Origin: Negaprion brevirostris
Lineage: Eukaryota
Assembly: GCA_030324005.1 (NCBI GenBank)
Contig: JARDVH010000143.1
Span: forward strand, 19,989,270-20,053,269
Length of the DNA stretch: 64,000 nucleotides
Direction of reading: 5' to 3'
Positions 13,771 to 27,490 of this stretch are shown piece by piece. How positions within the stretch are numbered: the stretch's first letter is position 1; each line of letters begins with the position of its first letter. The position numbers and the translations under genes are program-made. The notes beneath the pieces were generated by a model. It was not told where the DNA came from and searched no databases. It was given only the letters and a program-made list of their open reading frames with translations.

Positions 13771-14577
13771 ATGGACAAATCAATTCATTAAATATGTTGC
13801 ATAATAAACACTATATAGCTTTATTCCTATATTTGTCCCTTATAGATTTTAGCTCACATGATTTTGCAATTGTAAAAAAGAATCCTGCAGAGGGGTGTAT
13901 GCATCTAGTTAAACTACTTTTCACTTCCTTTCAGCTCTGCAACATACTTCTTTCCTGTACTTAAATTCAAAAGATCAGGAAAAAAGACATTCTTGCTGAT
14001 TTTGGAATCCTGTCAATGGTAATTTTTAGATCAAATAACACTTTTTCCCTAGCACAGGCAGTCTGTGCATCATACATGGTATTGCTGCCAGTAGACATGT
14101 TTATGACCAATTGATCTCTTGAACACTATGATGATTTGAAAAAGAAGATCCTTTCCCTTATTACAAGGTCAGTGGACAGACATGCTCCCAAGCCACCTCC
14201 TTTCTCATTCCAAAGACCAATTCAAATTCAAACTGACTCCAATTCATGGTCCTCACAAGAAAGACATGCTAAATCCAAGATGACAAGAACTGGCATTGCA
14301 ACTGATCTGACTTGATCTTATGCCTGATTATGCCCAAAATGATTAGGTGGTGAAGGGTCATTATATATTAACATCTCTTTTATGCCTTCAAGCTGAATAT
14401 TTATTGAATTACCTGTGGCATTGCCAATAATGTGATTCTTTGGTCATATTTGTGTCATTTTTAAATATTCCATTAGGATCAACGGTGAAGTCAATTCTGC
14501 AACAATTCATAGGTGCAACCACTCTTTTCGATGGAAGGTGGTGAAAGAAAAAGAACTGAGAATAGCGCCCGATCCGC

Positions 14578-14583
14578 TTTATT
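14578..14583 (-). terminator. Candidate distal polyadenylation signal
   Basis: AATAAA on the - strand followed about 20 nt later by TTCTTTTTCTTT. Confidence 0.5.
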
Positions 14584-15334
14584 TCAAGATTTGCACAATT
14601 GGGTTCTTACTGTAAGCAGGAATTTCCAAGGGACCTACAAAATGACATCGCCACACAATTTTAAATTTAGATTCATAACTGTGGTGCTTTACATAAAAGT
14701 GCATTTCCAAAAAAAATTAAACAGATCACTGCACCTTACAAACGTTGCTGGGACAATATATACAAAGAATCTTTGACAGAATATCAAACAGGCAATTAAT
14801 AAAGCAGTTCCAACCAACATAGGACAGTGTTGTTACAGCTGGATTTTTGATACACCATTGTAAGACTCAGTTCAAATGGTAGCAAAGCCATACCCAAACA
14901 CTGTCCTATAGCATAGGACAATATGATACTGAAGGGCAACACTTATTCATGTACTTTAGATTTGCTAAATATTCATTAAATACACAACCTGGCCAAATAT
15001 TACCAATAGCAAATAAAAGTTAACTAGCTGCATTGGTCAAATGCAATTAATTCAGACGTTCCACAGGATATATTTCAACTGGGAAAAAAATCAACACCTT
15101 TTCTGACGACTTTGGATATAGCACTAGCTAAGAACAGACACCAGTGTAATCTTACTTTATAGCCCAAAGGCATTTTAATTTGTTTCTAAAAAGGCAGACT
15201 TTCAATGGAGGTGTTTGACTGTCATTTCTTCTGGCACTGGTTGAAGATCTCCTCCAAAAGTAGAGAAAACACTTTACAAACTCAACTTCCTTTCATGTAC
15301 AATATTCACGTAAATCGTATGCAAAAAAGTTCAC

Positions 15335-15340
15335 TTTATT
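15335..15340 (-). terminator. Candidate proximal polyadenylation signal
   Basis: AATAAA on the - strand about 1 kb after the stop codon. Confidence 0.35.
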
Positions 15341-16355
15341 TTTGAAATATAGTCTGTTTAGGTAAACAAGCCACATTGTAATGTAGTAGAACACGACCAA
15401 ATTAATGATTAATTCCAGTTGGTTTTCCTGGACTATGTAGTGAAGCAAATTTTAAAAACATTTTCTGGACAGATGTTACACAAAACATAAAATGGGGAAC
15501 CTTCATTAGAAAACAGTAATATTTAAATACAATGTTATCATTTCTAAGATCTGCAGTAAATATAAACATAGAAGGGACAAATGGAAAGGATCAATTTCCT
15601 ACTATATATCTTATAGCTCTTCCAATAATAAACTTGAGATTTCAAGTACTGATAAGTACTTTGGAACGTCAACAGTCACTGACAGAATGCTTCTTCTAAA
15701 GTGCTGTTCCAGGAATGGCAGTTGGGAAGCTGGTAAGTATGAACATATCTTAAACACTCAACTACATGAGTTACTCAGCCATCAACCTACCTATAGAAAA
15801 CATGGTCAGAAGGCCAAGTGCACAGCCTAGATCTTAAGCAGGCTAACTTTAAAGCATGCAGACTGGCCACAAGTCATTCCAAAGCGAAAGCAGTTAATTT
15901 ACTAGATACCTTAATCTCCATTTCAACGGTCAATATCCTACATGTAAAACACAGCTAGCTATCTCTTTGGTACGAGTATAAGATAAGATTTTGTCAGGTC
16001 TCTGGTGCTGTACGTTGATACTTGTAGATTTTACAGTTCCTTGGCAAAAGACATTAAATTTTGAACTACTCATTTATACTCGCACTCATCATATATGTCA
16101 TGAACAGCACAACTGGTGTATGTAGACTAAATTAGTGTTCATTAGCAGCTAACAATCTGCAGCTATTAATGACTATGCATATTTCTCTGTAGTCCAAACC
16201 CCTGCATAATCCCTTTTCCTGTATATATTTTTTTCAACTAAATATGTAAAATCTGCCTAAAGATTGGAGTAGCCTATACAGATATATTTGTACCTGTAAG
16301 ACAATGAACCAGGTGCTGCATGAGGTTAAGGAAAGAACAAATATGAATTTGGTTG

Positions 16356-16574
<219 letters not shown>

Positions 16575-18317
16575 TTAAACATTCAAAGGTGATGAACTGA
16601 ATTACAATAAGAATAAACAAGTTCTTGTCATTTTCTTCACTGCCAAACTTCCTCCTCCATTAGTGTACACAGCTTAGAGGGCATATGGAGTCTGAACTCC
16701 TGAGTTCTTCAAGATTGTCAATATAACAATGACAAATAAGTCCTGATATAATGGTTGTGCCAGGTTTCCCTTCTGTCACTGGAGACGGAACATTTTAGTT
16801 TCATCTATGAAAGTTACTGTAAATTAGTCAAGATGAAAAAGTTATATCTTAACTAATACATCCATCCACTTTGGTCCCCTCATTTGCAGGCCCCAATTGT
16901 TCCTTAAATTCTCACTTGTTGATAAACATCATTGCAGTGTTAACTTAAGGCTACTTGTGACAATAATAAATAAACTTAAAAAATAGTGTGTATTGATTTT
17001 GGTGCTGAACTTACCTTGTACTTTGAATCCATGTTCCTTAGTCCTAAGTTTTGCAATTTAATTTGAAAAAACAACCAAGATTTACTAACCCATTCTTAAT
17101 TTGTCTCTTATCACCGATTGAATGCATCCTCGTGAGACTGGAAGTTGATGCTTCACCATTCAGTCCTCATTATTCAGACCCTCAATATTAGAGATCAGCC
17201 ATATAGTTATTCTTTGCACTGGCCCAGTATATGAATATAATCCTTGTATCTTGGCAATCAGTAGGGACTCTTCATGGTATAACCCAACCAGAGCACTGTG
17301 CAGTTTAAGATCACAACGTTATCTACTGGTATGCTTTTTTGCAATTTTCCACTGACTTTGTTGAACGCTGCTCTCGATTTTCTGAGCCTATTAGAAGCCA
17401 AGACTACTAAAATTCCTAGCTATATAAACAGGCACAGCACTTCCATTCTTATCTATAATAAAGACAGTGCCCACAAATAGAAAATCTAAATATATTGCAG
17501 CCAAGGACTTTTCATTAAATACCACATGCTGCAAAACAAATAAAGAGCTGGCTGCAAAACAGAACAGTAAATTAAGGGCAGGTATTCAGATGGCAAAAGT
17601 TGGAAAGCCATGGGAAGAAATTTTAGAAGATTCAAAAGAAACATTGGCCTGTTTCACAAGTTTTGACTGTCTGATTTACTGATTGTAAAACGTAAAATAT
17701 ATTTTTGGAATCGTTTATGGTAGCTTGCACTATATATGCAACAATCTATGGCAATTTAGGCTACATTAACATTGGTGGCATGAGAGAAGTAGAGAACATT
17801 TGTAACGTGTAACCTTTCAGTTTCATTTAGAACAGATCCACAGAAACAGCAATGCTGCTTCAGTGGAAAGAAAATCAAAATCAAGTCAAACTCATTCTTC
17901 AAAATTTTCACTTCAAGTTAATATGTCACTTCAAGCTACAATTATAAAACATGCAAAGTTAGACCACTATAATCCGAAATTTACCATTCAGGTTAGACAC
18001 CAAGTAACACTCCAAGTGCGATTACAGGGAAACGTTACAGATTTAATTGCTTGCACTACTATTCATGAGCTAATAAATTACAAAAGTCCTCAACTATACT
18101 GCGCAACTGAGCCCTTGGCAGCCGTACAAGATTGACATAATCTCAACAGCCATCACAAAGTATGTAACACGTACCAATATTACCAAACTGAAAAATCTAT
18201 GGTTCATTAGCAGCATTGAATAAGACTGAACATACAGAAACCTTGTTAAAAGCACAGTAACTTTAACAAATTTATCTGAGAAAATCTCTAACTGTCCCTG
18301 GCTGGAAACAATACACA

Positions 18318-18546
18318 TCTCTTTAACCTTTGCTTAACCTTCTCTCCGCTCATTGTCTGTACCTTTAAGATTTGATTACCTGGAAAGACTCACATTCCAA
18401 TCATTATCTTGTAAATTGAGTTTGTGTCATCATATGCCCTGTTTGTGAACACAAGTCCTCACTCACCTGAAGGAGCAGCTTCAGGCTCTGAAACCTAGTA
18501 CTGCCAAATAAACTGCTGGACTTTAAGCTGGTGTTGAGAACTTCTT
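18318..18546 (+). mobile_element. Penelope pseudo-LTR relic with a degenerate hammerhead motif
   Basis: cacctgaaggagcagcttcaggctctgaaacctagtactgccaaataaactgctggactttaagctggtgttg. Confidence 0.6.
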
Positions 18547-18547
18547 A

Positions 18548-19430
18548 AATGGCAACCAACAGGGAGGTCTGAACCATGGTAGCTAATGGACTGAAGGTAT
18601 ATTGCAAAGCGGCCACCCAGTCTGTATTTAATTTCACCAATGTAGGTAAAGTAGACCATATTGGGAGCAGCGATGCAATAAACCAGATTAAAAAGGAGGT
18701 GCATGCAAAGTGCTGCTTCAGCTCAAAATAGCATTTAGGCTCTTGGATGGTGAGCAGAGGAGGTGGTAAAGGGATAGGTGACACCTTCTGCAATTGCATG
18801 GGCAGGTGCTGTGGGAAGGAGTAAGGTTTGGGATGATGAAGGACTGAACCTGGATATCCCAGAGGGAACGGTCCCTGCAGAATGTTGATGGGGGAGTGAA
18901 GAGATGATGTGTTTGGTGGTGGCATCATGCTGCAATTGGTGGAATGGCAAGAATGCTCTTTTGAATGCAGAGGCTGGGNNNNNNNNNNNNNNNNNNNNNN
19001 NNNNNNNNNNNNNNNNNNNNNNNNNNNNNNNNNNNNNNNNNNNNNNNNNNNNNNNNNNNNNNNNNNNNNNNNNNNNNNGTACGGTCCCTGCAGTATGTTG
19101 ATGGGGGAGTGATGAGATGATGTGTTTGGTGGTGGCATCATGCTGGAATTGGTGGAATGGCAAGAATGCTCTTTTGAATGCAGAGGCTGGGGAGGCGAAA
19201 AGTGAGGATAAAGGGGCATCATAGCCTGGTTGAGAGGGGGAGAAAGGCTGAGAGCAGAGGCAGGAGAGTTGGGTCATAGTGGGTGGGAAACAGGAAGACA
19301 TCAGCAGCATCATTTTGGAAAGTGACATAATTGGAACAGATGCGACAGACGTGAAAGGTGAGAGAATGGGATGGAGTCCTTACAGGACATGGGGTGTGAA
19401 GAGCTGTGGTAGACTTGGGTTGAGTTACTG
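18548..19430 (-). mobile_element. Penelope-like element ORF relic (GIY-YIG endonuclease region)
   Basis: FNLVYCI...YIGEIKYRLGGRF is a GIY-YIG motif; frameshifted. Confidence 0.8.
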
Positions 19431-19472
19431 AATCGCCTGCCATTGCATTTTTATAAATGCACAGAAATATCA

Positions 19473-19688
<216 letters not shown>

Positions 19689-20439
19689 CTACAGCATTAT
19701 GTACACAGTGGTGTAAATTAATTTCCAAATTTTCCAAACAAAATGAATAGGTTACATCCTTAAATATGGAGTTACGGTATAAAAAAGTGCTCCCGCACAT
19801 CATATTTAACTTATTAAATTTCTAAGAATGCAGAAGAAAAAGGTCAATTAATCTATCTGGTTCTACCAGAAGCAGGCAAGCTATGCCGGATTTTTACTGC
19901 GCCGTTCACGTACTCTCTCATGCAAGACCCTCTTAAATAGGCCGGAAGCGATATGACGGAGTCAGGTTTGTACCTGAATGACCTACATTGGATAAATGTT
20001 AGCTCTATTACTAGACCAAAAAAACTGCATGGATCTCAAACCGCATTTAGTAATTTCTGTAGTAGAGCATGACGACCTATATTAATAAGTTTGATTTTGT
20101 ATAAAGACATTTTTAATTTTACCATGGGATCAGGTGACTTTAAATTCTTAAAGAATTTCTGCAAACTCAACTGGTTCCAATATAAAAGGGAACTAAATGG
20201 GTTGTATTTATAGGTAACAATTTACATGAAATCATTTACTAGGTAATGCAGGCAAATGGTCAGGTGAATATTAAAATTCTTGAAAGTAAAACCAAACTTT
20301 CAACACGATTACAGATTCAAAAGTACATTTCCAGTGTTAGCGTTATTAAAGTTTCAATCGTGTGCGTGTGTAATACAAAGCACTGCAAAAAATCTGATGC
20401 TACTTCTGCAAGTGAAGTATTCCTAGGCAAACATAAAAT

Positions 20440-20600
20440 AGATTATCTGACCATTTACTTCATTGATGTGGGACCATGCCGGGCACAAACTGGCTGCACA
20501 TTTCCGACATCACAATACTTGTCAAAAGTCCTTCATTAACTATAAAGTGGTTTGGGATGTTGTACGGGCATGAAAGGTACTATTAAATGCAAGTCCTTTT
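20440..20600 (+). mobile_element. Deu-domain SINE 3' fragment
   Basis: tggctgcacatttccgacat...tttgggatg...gaaaggtactattaaatgcaagtc, an L2-type tail. Confidence 0.55.
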
Positions 20601-21599
20601 TCAAGTGAGAAGAGAAAGATGAGAAGAGAGAACAAAATTAGGAATCTCAGAAGAGAACAGAAATGTGTACTTAACAGCCGGGAAAAACAAACTAAATAGG
20701 GCATCTGCCACCTACTGCTTTAAAAAGGGACAAAATACTCAATAGTTAGGAATGCATCTATTTCTCAAGCAGAAATAGATGTATTTTCTGCAAACATTTG
20801 TCAATTGACTGCCACATTCTAGCAATCTTACTGGCAAAGAGCAGTAAGACATAGAACTTCTGAGAAAGATAGCTGATTGAGTTTGAGTTAGAGAACACAG
20901 CAAGCAGTTGACAAGTAGCATCAATACAAAGCAGTTACTATTCTAGTAACAGCAATTTAGAGTCATCATTGAAATCAATGAATATTATTTTGAAAAAGGA
21001 AAGCCAAGAAATCAGAGAGGATGTCCATGCTACCAAATCAGAAGAATGTAACACACAGATTCAGACTGGTATAAAAAAGAAATATTGTTTGGAAAAATGA
21101 CAGCGTTTTTCATAAATGAAGGCGTACATATGAAATATTGGATCTGGAATTTTAATAGTTAAGGGTCAGTGATCAAATGTCCTTGCATCTTGGAGCAACA
21201 GGTTTTCCAATAGGAAAGCATATTTTTGAGTATCATCTACAAGAAATGCTTGTGCAAAAGTAGTAAGTGGCTGTTATCAGAACTTCCCCAAAAAAATTAG
21301 AAAGGAGCTAAGTCAGAAAGACTCATCTGTGATGTACTTTTAAATGTAGGTTAAATAAGGTGTACAAAAGGTTTTCAATAGTCATATAGGGGACTTGAAA
21401 GATAAAGAAACGAAAAGTTACTCTGAACAGATCAACCATCTGAGCTATCTGTACATGAATAATGCCTGTTTCTTACATTTCATCGAGAGTTTTTGTGCTC
21501 ATTTAAACTGTATCTAGACTTAGACAACCCTTGTTCAGTTCGCAGTTGATTCAAAACAGGAATCACCATTCAGTATTTTCACAGGACGAGTAATTCAAA

Positions 21600-21840
21600 G
21601 ACCCAGGGCAAGGGCAGATGGTAAAATTTGAATTGAATAAAAATCTAGAATTAGAAGATTAATGAAACCATTGTCAGTTGTGGTAAAAGCCCACCTGGTT
21701 CACTTCAGGGAAGGAAATCTGCTGTCCTTCCTGATCTGGTCTACATTTGACTGCAGGTCCAAAGAAATGTAATTTTCAACTGCCCCCTAAGGGCAATTAG
21801 GGATGGGCAATGAATTCTGGCCCAGCCAAAAACACCCAAA
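21600..21840 (+). mobile_element. SINE sharing its 3' tail with the LINE at 47745
   Basis: Ends aagggcaattagggatgggcaatgaattctggcccagcc, the reverse complement of the LINE ends at about 47770 and 50040. Confidence 0.65.
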
Positions 21841-21929
21841 AAGAATTTTTAAAATTGCAGTGGTGGAAATAGAAAAAGGAGTTATGCTGTTTAGGATTCC
21901 CTGTTCTTGATCAAAAGGGCCTCCGGCAC

Positions 21930-22095
21930 CCCAGTATACAAAGAAAAGTACAGCACAGGAACAGGCCCTTCGACCTTCCGAGCGTGCACTGATCACGATG
22001 CCTGCCTAAACTAAAACAGTATGCATTTATGGAGTCTGTATCCTTTCATTCTCATCCTACGTATTGGTCCAGTTGCCCTTTAAATGCCTCTGCCC
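21930..22095 (-). mobile_element. CR1-clade LINE 3' tail
   Basis: aaagaaaagtacagcacaggaacaggcccttcg terminal motif. Confidence 0.65.
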
Positions 22096-24639
22096 CTGAA
22101 ATCACCATGAATATCTGTGCACAGTTCTGGAAAATACAGAGGGAACATCATCTTTGAAGGACGGGATTAGGCAGCTAGACTGTGGCGTATGAGGGAGGTT
22201 TTCCTTGGAGTCTTTGAGGTGATCCCATTGAAGCATTTCAAATATGACAAGGATAGACAACTATTAAAATCTCAGCAGTTCAGCTAAGAGTGGATTAAGA
22301 CAGATATTTTCCTCCGAGTGTCAGTGGCAAGTGACCATTAAATGACCATAATAATGAATAACAAAATTATAGTGACACCATGAAGCCACTGATTTTACTG
22401 AAACTGGTTACAGTGAGAAAAAAATTCCTTTAAAAATATTACATATGTACAATATAGAAGACAGGAAAAACATACAAGATTTCCTCCACATAACTTTCAA
22501 TCTGTGATAAAGCTCTCATTCTGTGCAACCACTGGTACTCACATGCAAAGTGAGAGAATTATAAAGATTCACAATGCTCCAAATGAGGAAATTTCACATT
22601 TCAGTCCTAAACGGCCATCCCTATGCCTGAGACTAAGCCCTCTTAATTCCAGACTCCAGTTGGAAGGATCAGCTTTGCAGCATTTAAATCTTCTCAACCA
22701 CACAAGGATCTTGTTTGAGAGGTTACACCTCATTCTTTGGAAAACGCCCATTCTGTTCAACCTCGTCACCTAGGACGACCCTCATACCAGACATTGATCT
22801 AATAATAGTAACATTCATCTTAATCTTGAGTCTAAATATTAGACTCTCCAATCAGGTTAACAACTTTGCAACATTTGACATTTTCAATCTTTTCATTTCT
22901 TGTACAGTAATAATGACATAACGTCAAAGGAATGGATTAACAGGAAATCCAGACCATTTTTGCTTTCTATTGCCAGAGATGTGTATAAAATCAAGAAAGT
23001 ATGTCACCTAGCTATTAGGTGGCAACATGCCTGTTAATCAGGTGCTAAACTGGCACCAAAACCTGGACAGAAAGTGGACATATATTACTTAGAAACTGGA
23101 AGTAGGTCAAGCATTGTTCAGTGTCTGTTTTTGAGTCCAGTAGTACACGTCTCTCTCTCTCTCTCCCCCCCACCAAGAGAGAGAGAGAGGGAGAATGTTC
23201 AACAGATTAAAGGAAGACTCTAAAATATTCAAGACTTTGTTCCATTTTCCTTTATGCCATAATTTGTGAACTGACATCACAAATGTGGATAAGTTGTAAG
23301 AAATGGAGGTTTAAAACATTTGATAGAAAGGAACTGGTTGAGTAACTGGACTGAGGGTTTTGAAATGCTGATTAGCCCAGCAGTCAAATATTTATCTAAG
23401 CNNNNNNNNNNAAGCAAAGTGGATGATAATAGGGCATAGAATTGCAGGAATTAAAGACTGACGGTTAACAGTTCAAAAGAGAACAAAGATAGGATGTCAC
23501 ACTTACATACTAGAAAGGGGTAGCTCACGTAGAAATATTAATAAGGGCTAACACAAGGTGCTCAAAAAAGACAAGGTCAGAAGGAATAAGCAATACATCA
23601 ATGGCAGGGTTAATTCTATAAGCAGAGGAGAGCAGGTGTGCATCAAAGATCGCAGCCACACAACTGGAAGTTGTGTTTTCTCCCAATCAAGCTTTTGTTT
23701 GAAAGTTCAGTTTGCTCAACAATTGTCGCTATTCTAAACCAGAGTAAGTTTCCCATAAGTGAGACACAGGTCAAGCGTGATAATTATTGCTGGGTTTGAC
23801 TCAGTATTAAAACATATGAGGTGTTGTTTTGGGGACATATATCTAAGTTTAGCAAAGTAGAAGGATTTGGAATGGGGTCAATTAAAGCCATTATTGTAGT
23901 TCAGTGCAATTTTTTCAGGTTCTGTGTGTTTTTCAGTTGAAATCTCCTCCTCTTAGGTGTTCATCTGCGTCTGATTACACTGATGTAAAACACCTGGGAT
24001 AATTTGTTTTCTATCAAATGAAAGTCAAAAAATGTTGAACGTGCACACCACACATGCCCACTGCCTGGAAGCTAGTTCCCGATGATTTGGGCACCCTTGA
24101 GTTACAATTTAAAAAAGACCATCTTCAGTAGAACAACAGCTTACTTATAATTGGAATTTCAAGACCACGGTGGGGAAGAAGGAAGGGGGGGGGGGGGGGG
24201 GGGGGGGGAATNNNNNNNNNNCCCCCCCCCCCCCCCCCCAGTCGGAAGGCACTGTCAGTTATCAATTCCATGTCCTTCACCCTGTAACTTTTGTTTTGCA
24301 CGTGCACACGTATTTACGAGTCACAGCATTCAGAAAGTGTTTTTACCTTTTTAATTAGTCTTATATTTTTATCCAAGTGAGATTGAACAATAAACCTCAT
24401 TCCATACTTGTTAACTTGAACCAGCTGGCTGGCTTATTTCTTCATATAGCTTTACGCTTTATATGAGATAAAAACACACGGTTTGAAAAGTTCAAACTCT
24501 CTTATATTCAACCTCAGGAGTGAAAACAGAGATATTAATTCACCCCTCTGGACTTGGTCATAACCTGTACAGGTGAACAGATGTAACAGAATTGAGATAC
24601 AGAACTTGTTTGGATAGAACTATATTATTTTACAGCAAT

Positions 24640-24930
24640 TATAGAATCCCTACAGTGCAGGAGGCTATTCAGCACCAGCCACAATCCCACCCAGGCCCTA
24701 TCCCCATAACCCCATTCATTTACCTTAGCTGGTTCCCTCTAACACTAAGGGGCAATTTAAGCATAGCCAATCAACCTCACCCTCACATCTTTGAACTGTG
24801 GGAGAAAACTGGAGCACCTGGCGGAAACCACAGGGAGAATGTGCAAACTCCACACAGGCAGTCACCTGAGGCTGGAATTGAACCTTGGCCCCGGGCGCAG
24901 GCAGCAGTGCTAATCGCTGTGCCTCTGTGC
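24640..24930 (-). mobile_element. HE1-type V-SINE, near full length
   Basis: atagaatccctacagtgcag tail through ggcagcagtgctaa head, in reverse orientation. Confidence 0.85.
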
Positions 24931-25669
24931 AAAGTAATCAAGAGCAAAATCCTTTCAAAGTTATTTGTCACTATTAAAAATACATAATATTTACGCACAA
25001 TGTATTGATCAAAAATACTGGACCTAGTTCAGATTTGCAGGAATTCTCAAGACTTAACATCAAAATTTGATCATAAAAGCTTTATTTTCCATGAACTTGT
25101 ATTTGTTAATAACCAAAGAATGTAAATTTTAAAAATATACAAAGGTTTATTAACAGCAAATAACCTGTCACATGCTATGATTCTAAAGTCATTGACTCCA
25201 AAATTTCAGCTTATATGTTTTTAGTGTTGTCACATCTATAATGTGATAGATGCAAATAATCTTTATGCAAAGATGAATGTGAGCAAAACACAGTTCATGG
25301 AAACAACCAAAATATACAAAAATATATGTTGCACATTGCATAACTGTTAATGGAAATTAAATCTAAAACAGCAATTATAAGGTAAAATTAATTTATATGC
25401 ACCAAAGTCTTCTCATTGATACTTACACAAATAAATCTATCAGCAAAAAAAGGTAAACTGCATTAGCAATCTTAAAAACGTTTAGCTCAAAAAACCTAAA
25501 GTTTGCAAAACAGTAATTGATAGTGAGAATCCCAATCACCTCCAGCACTAATATAAGCTTTCTATTTTAAAAACTTAAGTGGAAGAAACCCAACCTCAAA
25601 CTGCATACACAAACAATACTTCATATCTAAGAAATTAGGAGGGAAAAGCATGATTAAGAATATTCATCA

Positions 25670-25780
<111 letters not shown>

Positions 25781-26178
25781 TTACCAAAGACAAATATATA
25801 TTAAAATAATTCTAATCAAACATACTAAAATCAGGTTTAAAAAAATACACTTCCGATTTGATATTTAACCAGCACATGGTGAGTTTTTTTTCCAGTTTCT
25901 ATTTAAATAAAGCAAAAGACAAACTGATTGCAAATGGTATTACTGATGTTTTTGAAATATGACTATGCTGAATGCAACTGCAAATCCTAAAGATCATAAC
26001 TATTAATAATTACTCACATTCTAGGGGAAAATTTGACAACATTAAATACAATGGATAAAAAGGCTCTCATTAAAAATGGAAAATTTTCCACCTATTGCAT
26101 CAATTGTCGCAGGTGGAGCAGACAATCGGACGGATCATTTTAAGGTCTTTTGTCCTTGGGCAGGAATTTCCAGTCTCA

Positions 26179-26349
<171 letters not shown>

Positions 26350-26484
26350 CTAAACAAGTAGGTAAATTAACATTCACCATAAGCAACGAGATACCAGGTG
26401 TCTCAATACGTTCTTTAAATTTCTTCCCCAAAGTTTCCAAATAATGAAAAAGTTTTATGTTATCCAAGATATCTACTTCAATTA

Positions 26485-26676
<192 letters not shown>

Positions 26677-26769
26677 TTAAATTCTTGAAAACATTTGAGA
26701 AAGAGAAAACAGATACATTTAAATTGGGTTGCAGCGTGACTTTTGGAAAATTAAACAGTACAAAACTGT

Positions 26770-26912
26770 GCACAGTGACACCGTGGTTAGCACTGCTGCC
26801 TCACAGGAAACTAGAACACCCAGAAGAAACCCACATAGAAACTGGGAAAACGTACAAGCTCCGTGCAAGCTCTACAAGGCCAGAATTGAACTCAAGTCAC
26901 TGGCACTGTACA
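26770..26912. mobile_element. SINE with a + strand head and an inverted body
   Basis: gtggttagcactgctgcctcacag (+) joined directly to a reverse-complement V-domain and B-box. Confidence 0.6.
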
Positions 26913-27191
26913 GTAGAATAACCCTCAAACAACAAACGCTTAACACGTGGATAAGATGGGGGATCAGGAGATAAGAGAGATCCTACGGAAAGCCAAGAAT
27001 AAAAGCATTTAGGTGATTTTAAGTAAGCTAAAATTTTCACATTTGGTAGACTGTAAGGAGTTACTTTTGTGCAATTCCAAGCACATTAAGGACATCAGAG
27101 GCACAGAAAGCATATCAGTACTATGGTTGATAACAAGACTGAAAGAAGCTCAAAAAATTGAGTTTTTCCACAATGGAGCAGAAATAGAGGA

Positions 27192-27490
27192 GGGTGGCAC
27201 ACTGGTTAACATTGCTGCCTCACAGCACCAGGGACCTGGGTTCAATTCCGGCCTTGGGTGATTTGTATGGAGTCTGCACATTCCCCCAGTGTCTGCGTCG
27301 GTTCCCTCTGGGTGCTCTGGCTTCCTCCCACAGTCCAAAGATGTGCAGGTTAGGTTGATTGGCCATGCTAAATTGTCCCTTAGTTAGCAGGGTAAACATG
27401 TGAGGTTATAGGAATAGGGCCTGGGTAGGATTGTTGTCTGTGCAGACTTAATGGCCAAATGACTTCCTTCTGGATTGTAGGGATTCTATG
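27192..27490 (+). mobile_element. HE1-type V-SINE, full length
   Basis: A-box ggtggcacactggtta, B-box gggttcaattcc, V-domain, tail tgtagggattctatg. Confidence 0.88.

Larger units (their letters stand above)
14560..16355 (-). other. SRPK1: Putative SRPK1 3' UTR (about 1.8 kb)
   Basis: Repeat-free AT-rich stretch after the stop codon, ending near an AATAAA that is followed by a U-rich tract; the end is inferred. Confidence 0.55.

Noticed and set aside
18868-19190. Direct repeat of about 111 nt on both sides of a gap
   Set aside because: Copies differ at 3 positions and flank exactly 100 Ns; typical unmerged contig overlap, not a real tandem duplication
23149-23193. (TC)n...(GA)n short inverted microsatellite
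   Set aside because: Low-complexity sequence with no evidence of function
24185-24239. Poly-G / N / poly-C apparent hairpin or G-quadruplex; also poly-C at 59474-59508
   Set aside because: Homopolymers abut gaps, so their length and orientation are unreliable; the poly-Pro and poly-Gly ORFs are artefacts
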